A stretch of 64,000 bases of DNA from the human T2T-CHM13v2.0 reference genome, Homo sapiens: the NCBI RefSeq assembly GCF_009914755.1, contig NC_060942.1; one strand, 5' to 3'. Below the pieces are notes generated by a model. That model searched no databases. It saw only the letters and a program-made list of their open reading frames with translations, and was not told the origin of the DNA. Position numbers and translations under genes: made by a program. Positions 25,823 through 38,894 of the stretch are shown here, piece after piece (the first letter of the stretch is position 1; every line of letters begins with the position of its first letter).

Positions 25823-27146
25823 CTTCAGAGACCTGTTTGGCCTTGTTTTCCTTACAGGAAGAGCAAGATGTGATACTCCAATAAAATACTCATTAAGATT
25901 TAAAGGGAAAGAGTACTTCAGTAGAATGCATAAGAACAAGTATATAAGAAAATATATGAGAACAATTTTTAAATGTCACCACAATTTATTTGAGAAAAAC
26001 TTAAAGTCAAGATCAAAGTGAAAAACAGACCACAAAGAGAAGAACAGTGGCTCGGGGAGGGCATTCTTAAAAAATAGATGGCTCCCAAGATAGAACTTAT
26101 TTCAAACATAACCTCATAAAACAGTACATAGTTACATAAATAATATTAATTGAACAATATATAGATAAACAAAAGGGGTCTTTGTGTTGTTGTTGCTGTT
26201 GTTATTTTGAGGCCCTAGATATTTTGTGCTTTTGAAAGTCCTTTACAATAACAATTTACTTTCACAAAATAAAATTTCTTTTTAAAAACTATACATAATT
26301 TTATGCATCTTTTGAAAAGGTACAGGTGTGACAAAGTGCGCGCATTCATTTGGTAGGTGGTAAAATAGCAAAGATCTCCAACATTGAATTTTTATAATCC
26401 CAGTTGCTTTTAGAAGTCTAGGCATATGAGCCCAAGGATAAAAAAAGCCAGTGAAGTAGATAATCCAGATAGTTTTACTCTGCTTACACTCTTAAGAATC
26501 TTCATACATTCTGTGACAGTGGGGTTAATTATGAAGTCTCTCTGTGGAGTTGTGGCCTGAGCTGATATTGATTACATCGGGCTGACCTTGAAGTGTTCCA
26601 TTTAATAGTCTCTATGAGGACCTTAAATTCAATGGTTGTGTTGAGAAAAAAACTCAAATGCAGAGATTAAACTAGGCACTACATTGCTTTTCTTTTCCTA
26701 TTGAAATAGCACATCTTTCTGATACAGGCCATCTACTTAAATCTTCAACAAAATATAAATATTTGAAATGGGATTAAACAAAATAATCACAATTCCATTT
26801 CATCTGGTATTTCAGCTGGCTTGCCAGCCACTTAGTTATATTGGATCTTAGCAAACACTCCAATTAGTGGCAAGAATGGGAATGCCCGGTGACAGATGTG
26901 TCATTGACTTTTTGTCCTCTGGTAGCAAAGAGCAATCCTTCCAGGACACAACTGCTGCATACATGCGTAGTCCAATTGACGTAACTACAGTCATTGTTTT
27001 AATGGAGCAGGACTTTGACAAACCTCAACTGAGAATTCCATTGGCTCGAGCTCTAATATTTGCACAGTTTCCTCCTATGAGCATCCTGGTTTGCTGTATT
27101 TGATGAAGCAAAGAATCCAGAAAGTGAAAATTGTCGTTTAAACATG

Positions 27147-27441
27147 TTTTTTGTTTTTTTGAGATGGACTCTCACTCACCCAGGCTGGAATGCAGTGGTG
27201 CAATCTTGGCTCACCGCAACCTCCGCTTCTTGGGTCCAGGCTATTCTCCTGCCTCAGCCTCCTGAGTAGCTGGGATTACAGGTGTGCACCACCACACCCA
27301 GCTAATTTTTTTTGTATTTTTAGTAGAGATGGGGTTTCGCCATATTGGCCAGGCTGGTCTCGAACTCCTGACTTCAACTGATCTGCCCGTCTCAGCCTCT
27401 CAAAGTGCTGGGATCACAGGCGTGAGCCACCACGCCCAGCC
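27147..27441 (-). mobile_element. Alu (AluS-like)
   Basis: Reverse dimer. Confidence 0.92.
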
Positions 27442-28029
27442 TTTTGGTTATTTAAGATGTTTACATATTTAAACAGGGAATAGGGCAGGCGATGCTGACA
27501 GTGCTGGAGGCCAACTGGCCCAGGTGGCAGAGGCAGGCAGGATGGGACAGAGAGAATAATACTGGTTGAACCAGACAAAAGCAGCACACCATCCAGAAGG
27601 CCAAGGTCACCCCAGGGACTCACCACACAACTGAAGGCCTGGCCCTGCCAGCACAGCCCACTAGGTCAACTGTGGGCCCAATTGGCCTGGCTGCAGCCTA
27701 GGTGCTGTCCCTGTCTGGATGTGCCGTGGAGCCAAGGGCATCCTGTGCCAGGGGACTCTGCTAGGGCATGTGCCAATTCTGTCGCTACAAAACTCAACTA
27801 ACCAAGCACCATGGTCACCAGAGAGGTATTTACCCAGCCCCAGGTGCATTTTGTTTATGTCAAATTAACAAACAATGAATGAATTTGACCCCTCCATGGT
27901 TTGATGATGCATATTTAAAAATCAAAGTATATTGGAATCTAGACATTTTTAGGAATTAAAGCCACATGTCAGTATTGCAGTGAGTGATGATAACTACTGG
28001 TTTTTGTTTGTATATCTGCCAATCATTAT

Positions 28030-28195
28030 TATTAGGAATCAGGAGATAAGGATTCTAGCTCTTATTCTGTCGTTACATAGATAGGTTACCTTAAGCAAAT
28101 AACCTCTAGATGAGCCTCCTATTTCCTCCCCTGACAAATGAGGACTCTGGATTAGATGGTCCCCTAAAGCACCTTCTAGTAAAAATATTCTATGA
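28030..28195 (+). mobile_element. MIR3/MIR fragment
   Basis: accttaagcaaataacctct...tttcctcccctgacaaatgaggactctggattagatg. Confidence 0.55.
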
Positions 28196-29799
28196 CCTAA
28201 ATAATTGCTGAAAACACTGCTGGGTTTCCAACCGCATGGCAGTACTGCCAGGCCACTTATTCTATGCTTCTCATCCCTGACAGATCATTTACAAATATTA
28301 TCTGTTAGTGATCTGGCAAGAATGCGCATTTATGTGAGATGGGGGAGTGGGCATATAAACTACTTAGAAATTTCTCCCTTGATGCCTTCAGCTTAATGAG
28401 TGCATCTAGCTAGAGCCCATATCCTAACAGAAAATGCTACAACTTCAATTTTTTAGCAACTATCAAAAGAAAAACTCCTTCAAGTCTGATCAGTAGCCTT
28501 CCCAGATGAAGAAAGATATTCCTATTACCCAAACTTGTTACCAGATGAAGGGGGTCCCAACAACGCTACCTTGAAAAGAAGCTGCACAGTTTTCTGGCTT
28601 GTGCAGGAAGCCAAGGTTAGCGCTGGCATTCATCAAACACATGGCTTTATCTTCATTTGCTCTAATCACTCAGTGACAGTCAAGAAAAAGTTGCTCATGG
28701 TCATTAAAGCAGGAAAGAGCTATAAAAGACTGTCAGGAGATCCCCAGGCTCCCTGGAAAGAGGGAGTGATAAAAGATGCTGACAGACAGACAGACAGGCA
28801 GGCAGGTAGAGCAAATAAAGATGATCAATTACCCTGACTGCCAGAATTCTGAATAGAGTTGAAATAACTGACAAATCAAGCACACAGGGAAAGCCAAAGA
28901 GATGAAAAAACAAAAATCCTACTAAGTCTTACCAGCTGCTGAACAGCTACAAAGAACATAGCAGTGAGTAAGCAGATATTTATTGTGAACTCACCTTGTG
29001 TACTATTCAAGGAACCGGCGTTGCCATGGTAAACAAGAGTCCTACCCTCAAGGAGCCTGGATGTACAACCAGAAGAAAAGAACCATATAAAGAGAACCAT
29101 GAGAAAGAGAGAAGGGTAGACAGAGCACTGGAAGGAGACTCTTCTTCAACTGAGCATGTATGTCCAATTGATCATATATATATAGGGATTAAACAGAACC
29201 TTTAAACAGAACTATCATTGCCTGTCAGAGCCAGAAAGGACATTTGGAATTTAAGGAGCCTACAAGCTGGCCCACTGTTCTTTCCACTCCAGAGATACTG
29301 GAGAGAGAAGAAAACTCAGGGGAAGGACAGTGGCATTTCCTCTATTTGATTAAACATCACAACTGACCCTGTCAGCATCATACAGGGAGACTCCAACCAC
29401 AAACCTCAAGAGATGCAAGATATTAAGATGGTAACTTAAGGTCTGGAGGCAGCTGCAGACCAGGGAAGCATGCAGTCATCACTGGAGGTGAAGGGAGGGT
29501 TTGAGGGCTGAGAGTTGTGCCTTAGGGACTGCAAGGGCCTCCAAGTAGCCAGGCTCCCTTGGAGAGCAAAGGTCTCTCTCTGCTATAGCCCTCCAGTGCC
29601 CCTACTCTTCATGTCCAATATCTACAGGACCCCCAAAGGCCCAAAGTTCCCATGTACAAATTTACATTTTAATAAAATGAACTACACATGTTCCCTACTC
29701 CTAATTTTTTTTTTACTAACCACAAATTCCAGAACAAATTGAAACCTTAAGTCAATTTGTTGGCTTTTTAAAATATTTTCCCATTATATTTTATCTATG

Positions 29800-30543
29800 T
29801 CAGGGACCCACAACCTTTTCCCAGAAAGGGGCAGGTAGTATATCCAGCTTCTAGGCTTTGCGGATCCTACAGTCTCTTTCACAGATACTCAACTCTGCCA
29901 TCAAAATGTGAAAGCAGTCATAGTATCTCAAGGAATGAGCAAGGCTATGTTCTGTGGGGACCCACTGGAAACCCCAGAGTTGGTATAAAGACTATTTTAA
30001 GCTGGAGGCATTTGAGACTCAATAGATGCAGAAAGAAGACTTGTGGGGCATCCCTTACCTGACCAAAAGCAGAAACTTCTGAGAAATGAGAACTGCCATA
30101 AATACCTTCTTTAGGGCAGGTCTATTTCCAGGAGAGAAACAAAGAGAAACCCACCATAAATCCCCTCTTCAGGGTAGTTTCATGGCCACAAAGAAGACAG
30201 AAAGACCACTCACACATGCAAACACACATCTTATCACAAAAACATTCTTATCTCCCGTTTGAACTCCTAAAAACCCATTTGTCTTTCCTAAAGATACCTA
30301 TTTGTTCTTCCCATACAGGCCTTTCTCACCTTCCTCCCTTTCCCCTACTAAGTTAGGTATGTAATCCTTACATTCATCTGGGCACATGTTGTATGCATAT
30401 ATAAACTTTTTTTTCCTCTTTATATGTTTTTGGTTACTTTCATTTGCACGTCCATGATACTGAACCTAAGGAAGAACTTTCCCTCCGCAACAGTTCTAAT
30501 AAAACTGCATTTACAAAAACAGGCTATTATTTGTTGACCTCAG
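29800..30543 (+). mobile_element. MER58-like DNA element split by an LTR
   Basis: tactcaactctgccatc...aaagcagtcatag...gctatgttc | taataaaactgcatttacaaaaacagg. Confidence 0.7.
29953..30492 (+). mobile_element. ERV1 solo LTR (MER34/MER39 group) with 4-bp TSD GTTC
   Basis: TG...CA termini; GTTC at 29949-29952 and 30493-30496; 4-bp TSD is typical of ERV1. Confidence 0.8.
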
Positions 30544-31110
30544 ATCTACATCATTTTCCATTAGCCCTTCCCTGATTCTCTTAAATTTAGTATATTACTC
30601 TGGAGACACCTACCTCGAAATCAGCTTGTTGCTCTAACAGTGGTTACTTTACCTGAGTTTTCTGTCAAGCTCCAGAATGTAAACTGTTTTCAAAATTATT
30701 GTGCATTCTATTTTGGAGATAATAAGGCTTACAGATGCAACTTTGTTTTTAAATAACTGTTTCCAGACAACCAGAAAGAGCTGAGCAAAGAACATAAACA
30801 ATGGCCATCATTTACCATTATTGAGAACATACAGGAAGGGGTCAAATCTTTCTTCATTCTTTGAAATATGGATCTATTATTTCAACAATATGGGCAATGG
30901 CACCAAAAGTCATAATGATAGCTCCGGATTAAAGGTAATTCCTTATTTGATGAAACTTCACAAAGACATGATGATAAATTCCTCCTTATAGTCTGAACTT
31001 TGGCCATAATTCCCGTGTTCCTTTGCATAGCTATAGCAGGCCACAAAGTAGCTGAATAAATTTCGATTTGGCCAGGTTAATCTCACTCTACACAGCAGTA
31101 TCATACGGTG

Positions 31111-31123
31111 GGTCACCTTGACC
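31111..31123. promoter_or_regulatory. Consensus estrogen response element core GGTCAcctTGACC
   Basis: Exact match to GGTCAnnnTGACC; function untested. Confidence 0.45.
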
Positions 31124-31844
31124 ATCAAGAAGGAACATTGAATAAATTGCCCAAACACATTCAGTATTCCTTCAAAATACTAAAGAACATGTATGATTTC
31201 AGACGAGTAGAACTTCATTAATTTGAGGTACCCTAAGGCTGGAAGGAGGTGTAAGGAGGGAAAATCTTGGCTCAATGAAAAAACAAACAACAACAACAAA
31301 AACCTACCTAACTGTTAAGACTCATTTACTTTCACACATTAAAAAATATATATTTCTTTAAATTTCCTCAAATTACCCAGAGAACATTCTATATTAACAC
31401 TTGGAAAGAATGGTAAAGTAAAAGGCCAGTGGGTTTTATAGATATCTCTTTAAGTAAGTCTATTCGAAAGCCATTCATAACATTATTTTCTTTGAGCACA
31501 GAGTGTTTATTGCTGCAGTTTCTCTACCTACCCTCAATATTGATGATTCATGGCACGAGTTAAGCCTTACACTGAAGTTGCAAAGAATTCCTAAAGGCAT
31601 TGGTACTAAAATTAAGCACTGCAGGGAGTCAGCTGTCAGTCTGCTCATTACTTCTGCTTTTTCTTACTTCCAGCTGCAGTAACTCAATGAGGGTTGATTT
31701 TCCATTTAGGCAAGGTAAGAAGGAAAGAAAAAAGTACAAACCTTGAAACTAGATATGGAACAGCGGTGCAACCCAACACCATCCATCATTAATCCACCTT
31801 TTCTAACCTAACAAAAAATCCAGATTTCTCCTCTTGCTTTCTTA

Positions 31845-32060
31845 AATTTATTTTGTAGTCAACTTTAAGGCAAAGTTTATCAGCAATAAAATGCACATAT
31901 GTTCAGTGTACAGTTCAACCAGTTTTGACAAATGTACTCACCTGTGTAACCACTACACCAATCAAGATATTTCCGCCACCCCGAAAGGTCCCCTTGTGCC
32001 TCATGCAGTTCATACATCTGCCCCTATCTCTGCCACTAATAGCCACTGCTCTGCTTTTCA
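31845..32060 (-). mobile_element. Old L1 (L1M) 3' end fragment
   Basis: aataaaatgcacatatgttcagtgtacagttca...ttttgacaaatgta...ccaatcaagatat. Confidence 0.7.
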
Positions 32061-32084
32061 GAGAATTTGAGTTTGCGTTTTTTC

Positions 32085-32431
32085 TTCCTTCCTTTCTTTT
32101 TTAAGAGACGGGGTCTTGCTATGTTGCCCAAGCTAGTACGGTGACTATTCACAAGCATGATCATAGCTCATTGCATCCTTGAACTCCTTGCCTCAAGCAA
32201 TCTTCCTGCCTTAGCCGCCCGAGTAGCTGGGACTACAGATGCACACCACCATGCCCAGCTACTTTTCCAAAAAACATTTTTTTGTAGAGACGGGATCTTG
32301 CCATGTTGCCCAGGCTGAAGTGCAGTGACACAATCATAGCTCACTGCAGCCACCAACTCATGGCCTCAAGTGGTCCTTCCATCCCAGCCTCCAGAGTAGC
32401 TGGGACTACAGGTGTACACCATTGCACTGGC
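32085..32431 (-). mobile_element. Two linked 7SL-derived monomers (FRAM-like then FAM-like)
   Basis: The downstream monomer keeps the 7SL/FAM-type tgtgaatag motif; both monomers carry the right-arm gcagtgagctatgat-type segment. Confidence 0.75.
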
Positions 32432-33319
32432 AAATTTATGTATTTAAAACCCAATCCATAGGTATTGGTTTAGAAAAAAATGTGATAATATTCTCAGTGT
32501 ACTTTAGTGTGTTTTTAGAAACAAAGTTTTTCATCCAACTTCTTATTCGTATTTCCCAGAGAAAGCCATAGAGTAACAAATACTACTATTAATGTAGGCA
32601 CATTCAAATGCATATTGAGTATAAGGCACTACTCTAGGTTTGGGGAATCTGAAGAGAAAAAGATAGGGCCCTCTCCTGCTAAGGCCGGTGGGGAATACAG
32701 GCAGCCATGCTTGATGTGAAGAAACTACAGTCATGTGATTGATACTTCACGCGGGAGTATCAGGTTGAACTGGAAGAAGGAGCACCTATGTCTGTCTGGG
32801 GCATCCAGGAAGGATTTTTCAAGAAAAAGTACCATTTCAATGTCAAGGGTGAGGACTCAGCAGACACAAAGGCACAGAGACCAAGACGAGGGGAGGCAGT
32901 GCCCAGGGTGGTTACGGGTAGGGACCAGAGCCTGGGACCTCCAGTAAGTCAAATACCCCTGCAATAGAGTTGTTAAGATTAACATGCATTCATACATGTT
33001 GAGCATGTAGGGCAGCACACGGCAGGTGGTTTAGCTCTTCTCCTAGCGAATATCACTGTAAGGGGAGGCAGGAAGGAGACGCAGGGCACAGCCTGGACGA
33101 CTGGCCTGCCCAGTGGTGTGCAGTGTGACAGTTCTCAGGATGACTAATCAGCCCGGCCAGAGGAGGCACAGACCCAGAGACAGATGGGGGTTAAGGTCCA
33201 CTCTGCCAGCCCCAGCGCTCTAAAGCAGGGGGTGGTCCCAAGGACCAGAGCGGCTGTCCCTGCAGCTGGGATGGGCCAGGTCACTAAGGGGCAGCAGAAG
33301 CAGAGAGCAAAACAAGGCC

Positions 33320-33460
33320 CAGGGAGAGAGGAGAGAGGGGAGAGAGAGATATATATATATCAGGGGAGGGAGAGAGAGAGAGAGAGATACTGGGAGAGGG
33401 AGAGAGAGAGATTGGGGGAAGGAGAGAGAGAGAGAGATAAGGAGAGAGAGAGAGAGAGAC
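33320..33460. repeat. GA-rich low-complexity tract
   Basis: (GA)n runs with an (AT)n insert. Confidence 0.9.
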
Positions 33461-33769
33461 ATCCTAGGGCGGTTGAAGGGGAGTGAAGAGGGGAGGACCA
33501 GGAGGTGAGGGGAGAAGGAGCAGGATGCGGTCCAAACCTTTCCCCTCCTCTTCCAATCCAAAGCAAGGGGTGCTGAGAAAGGCCAAGCCTCCAGGAGTAG
33601 CTGGAAGCGGAAGTTCTTATGTTGTGAGAAGAAGTGAGAATATGAAGAATGGAAGAGAAAGACCAGTCCCCTCCTATTCTGTAATCTGGGTTTTGTCTTG
33701 TAGGCTGTGGGGCTTGTGAAGACTTCAGGGGGGCAAGTGTAACCATTATAATGGCGTTATTATTGCTAT

Positions 33770-34450
<681 letters not shown>

Positions 34451-37400
34451 TTATTTTTTCTTTTTAAGCCACTCTGGCAGCAGAGTGAGATATGAATTGG
34501 CAGAGGCTGAACTAAAGGAAAGAGGGGCAAGGCTGGAATGAAGGTAGGGATGAAGGAGGAGGAAGAAGGCATGGAGATTGGCTGGAAGTACAAAGAGCTG
34601 AGAGTGAAGGAGTATAGAAAAGATCCCTGATTTCTCAGTGAGGCAGCTGGATGGAGGAAGCATTTTTGAGGGGTACAGCTGTGACAAAGGTCAGTGAAGA
34701 GAGTGGCATCTGAAGGTTAGAGATAGCCAATACTCTCTGAATCTTGAGATTTTGTACCTAGCAAAGTCCTGACTTGTATGTGTAATTTAGACAACTATTG
34801 GGAAACTAGCTTTACCCTGTAATTTTATTTATATGAAGTTATATTTCACCAAGTCTATTATTAGACAATAAAGAAATAGGTATTTCCATTAACAGGCCTT
34901 CTAGAAAGAAACAAAGGATGTGGAAGAGACTATGAATCACAAATATTTATGTTTATAGAGATTAAACCTTAACAGCACTCAAATTCTTCTCATCTGTGAA
35001 AAGCTGCAGCTAAGTACTTAGAAGCGGTTCTGTGCACCAGGCTGGAGCTGGTCCTTAGGTCCTCAGATCACCACTGTCGCTAGTCCACAGCCACTTCTCG
35101 TCTTGTAAATCCCTCCCACTCTAAACCCTGGGCTGTGATTACAGAATCAGCTCGGGGAAATGCTCGGATTCATCATCTTTCCCTTTGCTGCTTATTTAGC
35201 TTGAGCTCCTTCCTGCTCTCTAAGTGGACACATTTTACAAACTAATGAAAGCTTGCCCAGCACAGTAGATGGCACACACTGGGCACTAATTTATTCAATA
35301 ACGCCAGGATGAAAATGCTTCCTGCTCTTACTGTCTCCCTTATTATCTCCATAATAAGAATATTCAACTTTCTAAGGAGCCAGGAACTGAAATGTGAGGT
35401 TATGGATTATTCATACTTTTATATCCAAGACTACGCACAAAGTATTTAAGATGTAAGATAAAAAAAATAAGCAATTTAGAACACAATGCTCACTTCCTAC
35501 TGTCACTAGCTACCCTCAAAGCAGAACAAACAAACAAACAAACAAAAACCACTGTAAATACAATTTCTATGTCAGATAGAAAGCAATAATTCATTTAATT
35601 AAAAATTTTACATGTTAATTACTTCTATTTTAAAAAGTGTCCTGTCAAATGGTAAAAACTTAAAGTCCTGTCATCAATAAGAAACAATTTACTTCCAGAA
35701 CATTTTAAAAAATTATGTAACCTATTTAAAATGTAAATAATATTATAAATATAGTATTATGTGTGTGGGGGGGTGTGGGTGTGTATAGGGGTGTGTGTCT
35801 TGATCTGTAATCATACTCACACATATACCAAATAAAATCCAATTCATTTTCTTGAAACTAAGAGACACAGTTCCTAAGCCTTGAACTGGTTTTGTTGGAG
35901 TCGTTGCAATTGTCCTTCATAACATCAAATGTATTCAGTTTTAGGGGAAGTCAAACATTCAAGTCACATTTGTAAACTGTTGAGAGCCACTAAACATATT
36001 AATCGATAATAATCAACACTTAATAGTAATTTCTACCAGTGCAAAAGGATATATTTTTGATTGGGGTGAATTCATTCTAAAGCATTTCAGATGTGCACAA
36101 GTAGGAAAGTCTGTACTGCTGTTATTCACAGTATATGGATTTTTGTTTTTGTTTTAAGCGCACATGTATATATGTACTACTTAACTAAAACTACTTTAAA
36201 AGTAAAAATGTCTATTTTTACAATATAAAATATTTATTTGTCCTAAGCTAGTCATTTTAGTTACAGTAATTAAGTTTCATTTGGTAAAAACTGCTATCCT
36301 AATTCAGTAAGACAAAAATATTTCCCAAATAGCTACGCATACCCTGTAGAATTAAGCCTGTTTAATCCACAAATAACTGCTTGAGTTTCAGTTTTCATTT
36401 CCTTTGTGAAAAAAATTCTCAATAACTTATCTTTCTCAGGATAGTCATGAAAAGTATCTAACATCAATAAGTTAATATTTTTTAATTACCCAAATTCTAC
36501 CTGTGAACTAAAAAAACAGCCCGATTTAACAGGCATGCATTTTGTAAGCAGAAAATCATTACAAGAGTCTTCTGGGCCAGCAAATAAAATCGACAGGATT
36601 TTAAAAGCCACCCTGTGTTTAGAGCCCACCATATTATTAGGTCTTGCCAGATACAAAGAACATGGTTTCAATCACCAAATAGTAATTAGATGACAATACA
36701 TCTTGCCAGTTGGCATATCATGACCTTCACTCCACACAGGGATATTGCTATAGCTCTTGTTAGTTAGTCTGTTCCCATTTTATAAGTACCTATAACATGG
36801 AAAATCTGTATCTGCTTAATTCAAGATGTTTGTCAAAGCAGAAGAAACAGTAAGGCATACATTAATTCAGTCACTGTGCCAGTTAAGGGATGGCAGCGTG
36901 CTTTCTTCCATTCCTCAGCTGTATCTACTAAAATTCACTGACTTCTACCAACAGGAAATTACTATTTCCTTGCTTTATGCATATTCTGACACCTTTCCTG
37001 AAGATGTAGCAATACTAGGAGTAAAACAACAAATACAGATTTAAATGAAGATAGATTTCTCACAAACCATTAGCTGATGTAGGTCGCAAGAATCAGATTA
37101 AATTGGTTTATTGAGACAGCCAGTCTATTTCAGAAAATAATTCTCTAACTAATACTCTCAAGTTATTGAGTAACTTAAAATAAAACAAGGTCAAATTTAA
37201 CCTACATTAGAAAGAAGGTGGAGGTAGCAAAGCCTCAAAGAATCCAAATTTCAGGTGATTCACAATGCCCCACTGCTACAGCTGCAAATCCAATTCCAGC
37301 TTCTACCAAGAACTCCTGTCCTTCAAATGATGGTTTTAATTGTCGAAACTCCTCTGCGTTTCCCTCTAATGGAATATCAATGAAACCACAGAACCACAGA

Positions 37401-37959
37401 CACACACAAACATGATTTCCTGAGGAAGTGATTCTAGGGCTAACATAACTGAACACGAGGGCCGTCTGTTAGTCTCGTCTGTTTGTTTTTCTTTAGCTGA
37501 TGGGAAACATTACAAGAGCTCTCAGGGCCAAAGGGACTATGCATTTTAAAAATGTCATCCATCCCTGAAGCTGGATTATAATAAGCAGATAAAGAGACAA
37601 AAGCATTCTGACAACAATTTGAAGAGATTTTTCTTTCTGTCCATAGATCTAGAATGGGGTGATACATCACCTAAGGTGACCTCTCTCAATTATAGCTACT
37701 TTCATAACCTGGTTGCCATTTGAGCTTTAAAAAAAAAAGTTTTATCCACAAGATAAAATATCAGATGCGCTAAGAATACCAACTCCTTTAATTATGTGTG
37801 GTTAGCAAAAGCTAATGCAAAACTGCTCTTTTCCACAAATCAGCAAGTCGTCATTCACTCAATCAACCATCCAATGCTTTATTAAGCACCTACTATGTAC
37901 CAGACACTGGAGCAAAAGATGTGACCCCTGGGTAGTTGTCCAATCTTATTTTTGTTACG

Positions 37960-38490
37960 TCCTGGCTTGAATCCCACACTCCAGCCACTCTGAGTCACTT
38001 GCACATCTCTAAAAGCAACATGCCTTTCTCATCTCTAAGCCGTTCTTTCTCTTATCTCATCTCTTGGGATGCTGTCCTTTTGGTCTGGAACCAAAAAAGA
38101 GAAGGACAGCATCCCAAGCTAAGAGAAAGAATGGCTTACAGATGAGGCACACTGCTTTCAGCCCAAATGTCTATCACCTCCTCCAAGAAGCTTTCCCGTT
38201 CCCCTCCAGCTGGCTTAGACACCACTTCTATGTTCTCCTAGGAACCTTTCTAGAATGATCATATTTTGTGTCCTTTTAGTCTCCCACACTGAAAAGTGAG
38301 TTCCTTAGAGGGAAGGCACCTACACACACACCCAGCATCTAGCCAACTGATGGACTCTATTGACCTTTATTTACCTTCATCTGCCTCGGCTACAAAGAAG
38401 ACCCCAAGGACAGGGATCTGGTCTGTCTTGTATTCTTTCTGCAGTACCTAGGCAATGACTGGCACTCAGTAAGTGCTCAATAAATGCTTG
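37960..38490 (+). mobile_element. L2 3' fragments
   Basis: cagggatctggtctgtcttgt...gtacctaggcaatgactggcactcagtaagtgctcaataaatgc. Confidence 0.6.
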
Positions 38491-38699
38491 TAGAAGGGGT
38501 GAAAACTAACTGAAATTAGGCCATTTTTAAAAAAAATTAAGCATATCTGGCTACCAGTATTTGCAGGCAATTCAGAAATCATGAGTATAGTAAGATTCAT
38601 ACATTATCAGTATGCTTTTATGATATCTCCTCGCAGAATGGTAAGTTACTTAAAAGAAAGAGTTACTAGGTAGGTAACTAAACTTAGATGTTAAACTAG

Positions 38700-38851
38700 T
38701 ACTTCTACAAAATAATCTGAATCCATGCTTCATAATGTCCACTGAAAACCTGATAAATCAGCGTCTGGGGGTAGGGTCCCACTGCAAAGATCTGCAAAAA
38801 GGCAACGTTCCCTGGGTGATTCCAATGTCAATTGAGGGTTGAGAGTCACTG
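38700..38851. mobile_element. MER5-like DNA element
   Basis: aatcagcgtctgggggtaggg...gggtgattccaatg...gggttgagagtcactg. Confidence 0.55.
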
Positions 38852-38894
38852 ATAATTTCTCACTCCAACTAAAAAGGGCTCTAACAATTTGCCC

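Noticed and set aside
33184-33746. ORFs with ER/SL repeats
   Set aside because: Translations of the (GA)n low-complexity tract.
35258-35278. CTCF-like acagtagatggcac
   Set aside because: Better explained as a decayed MIR/L2 3' end (agcacagtgcctggcaca).
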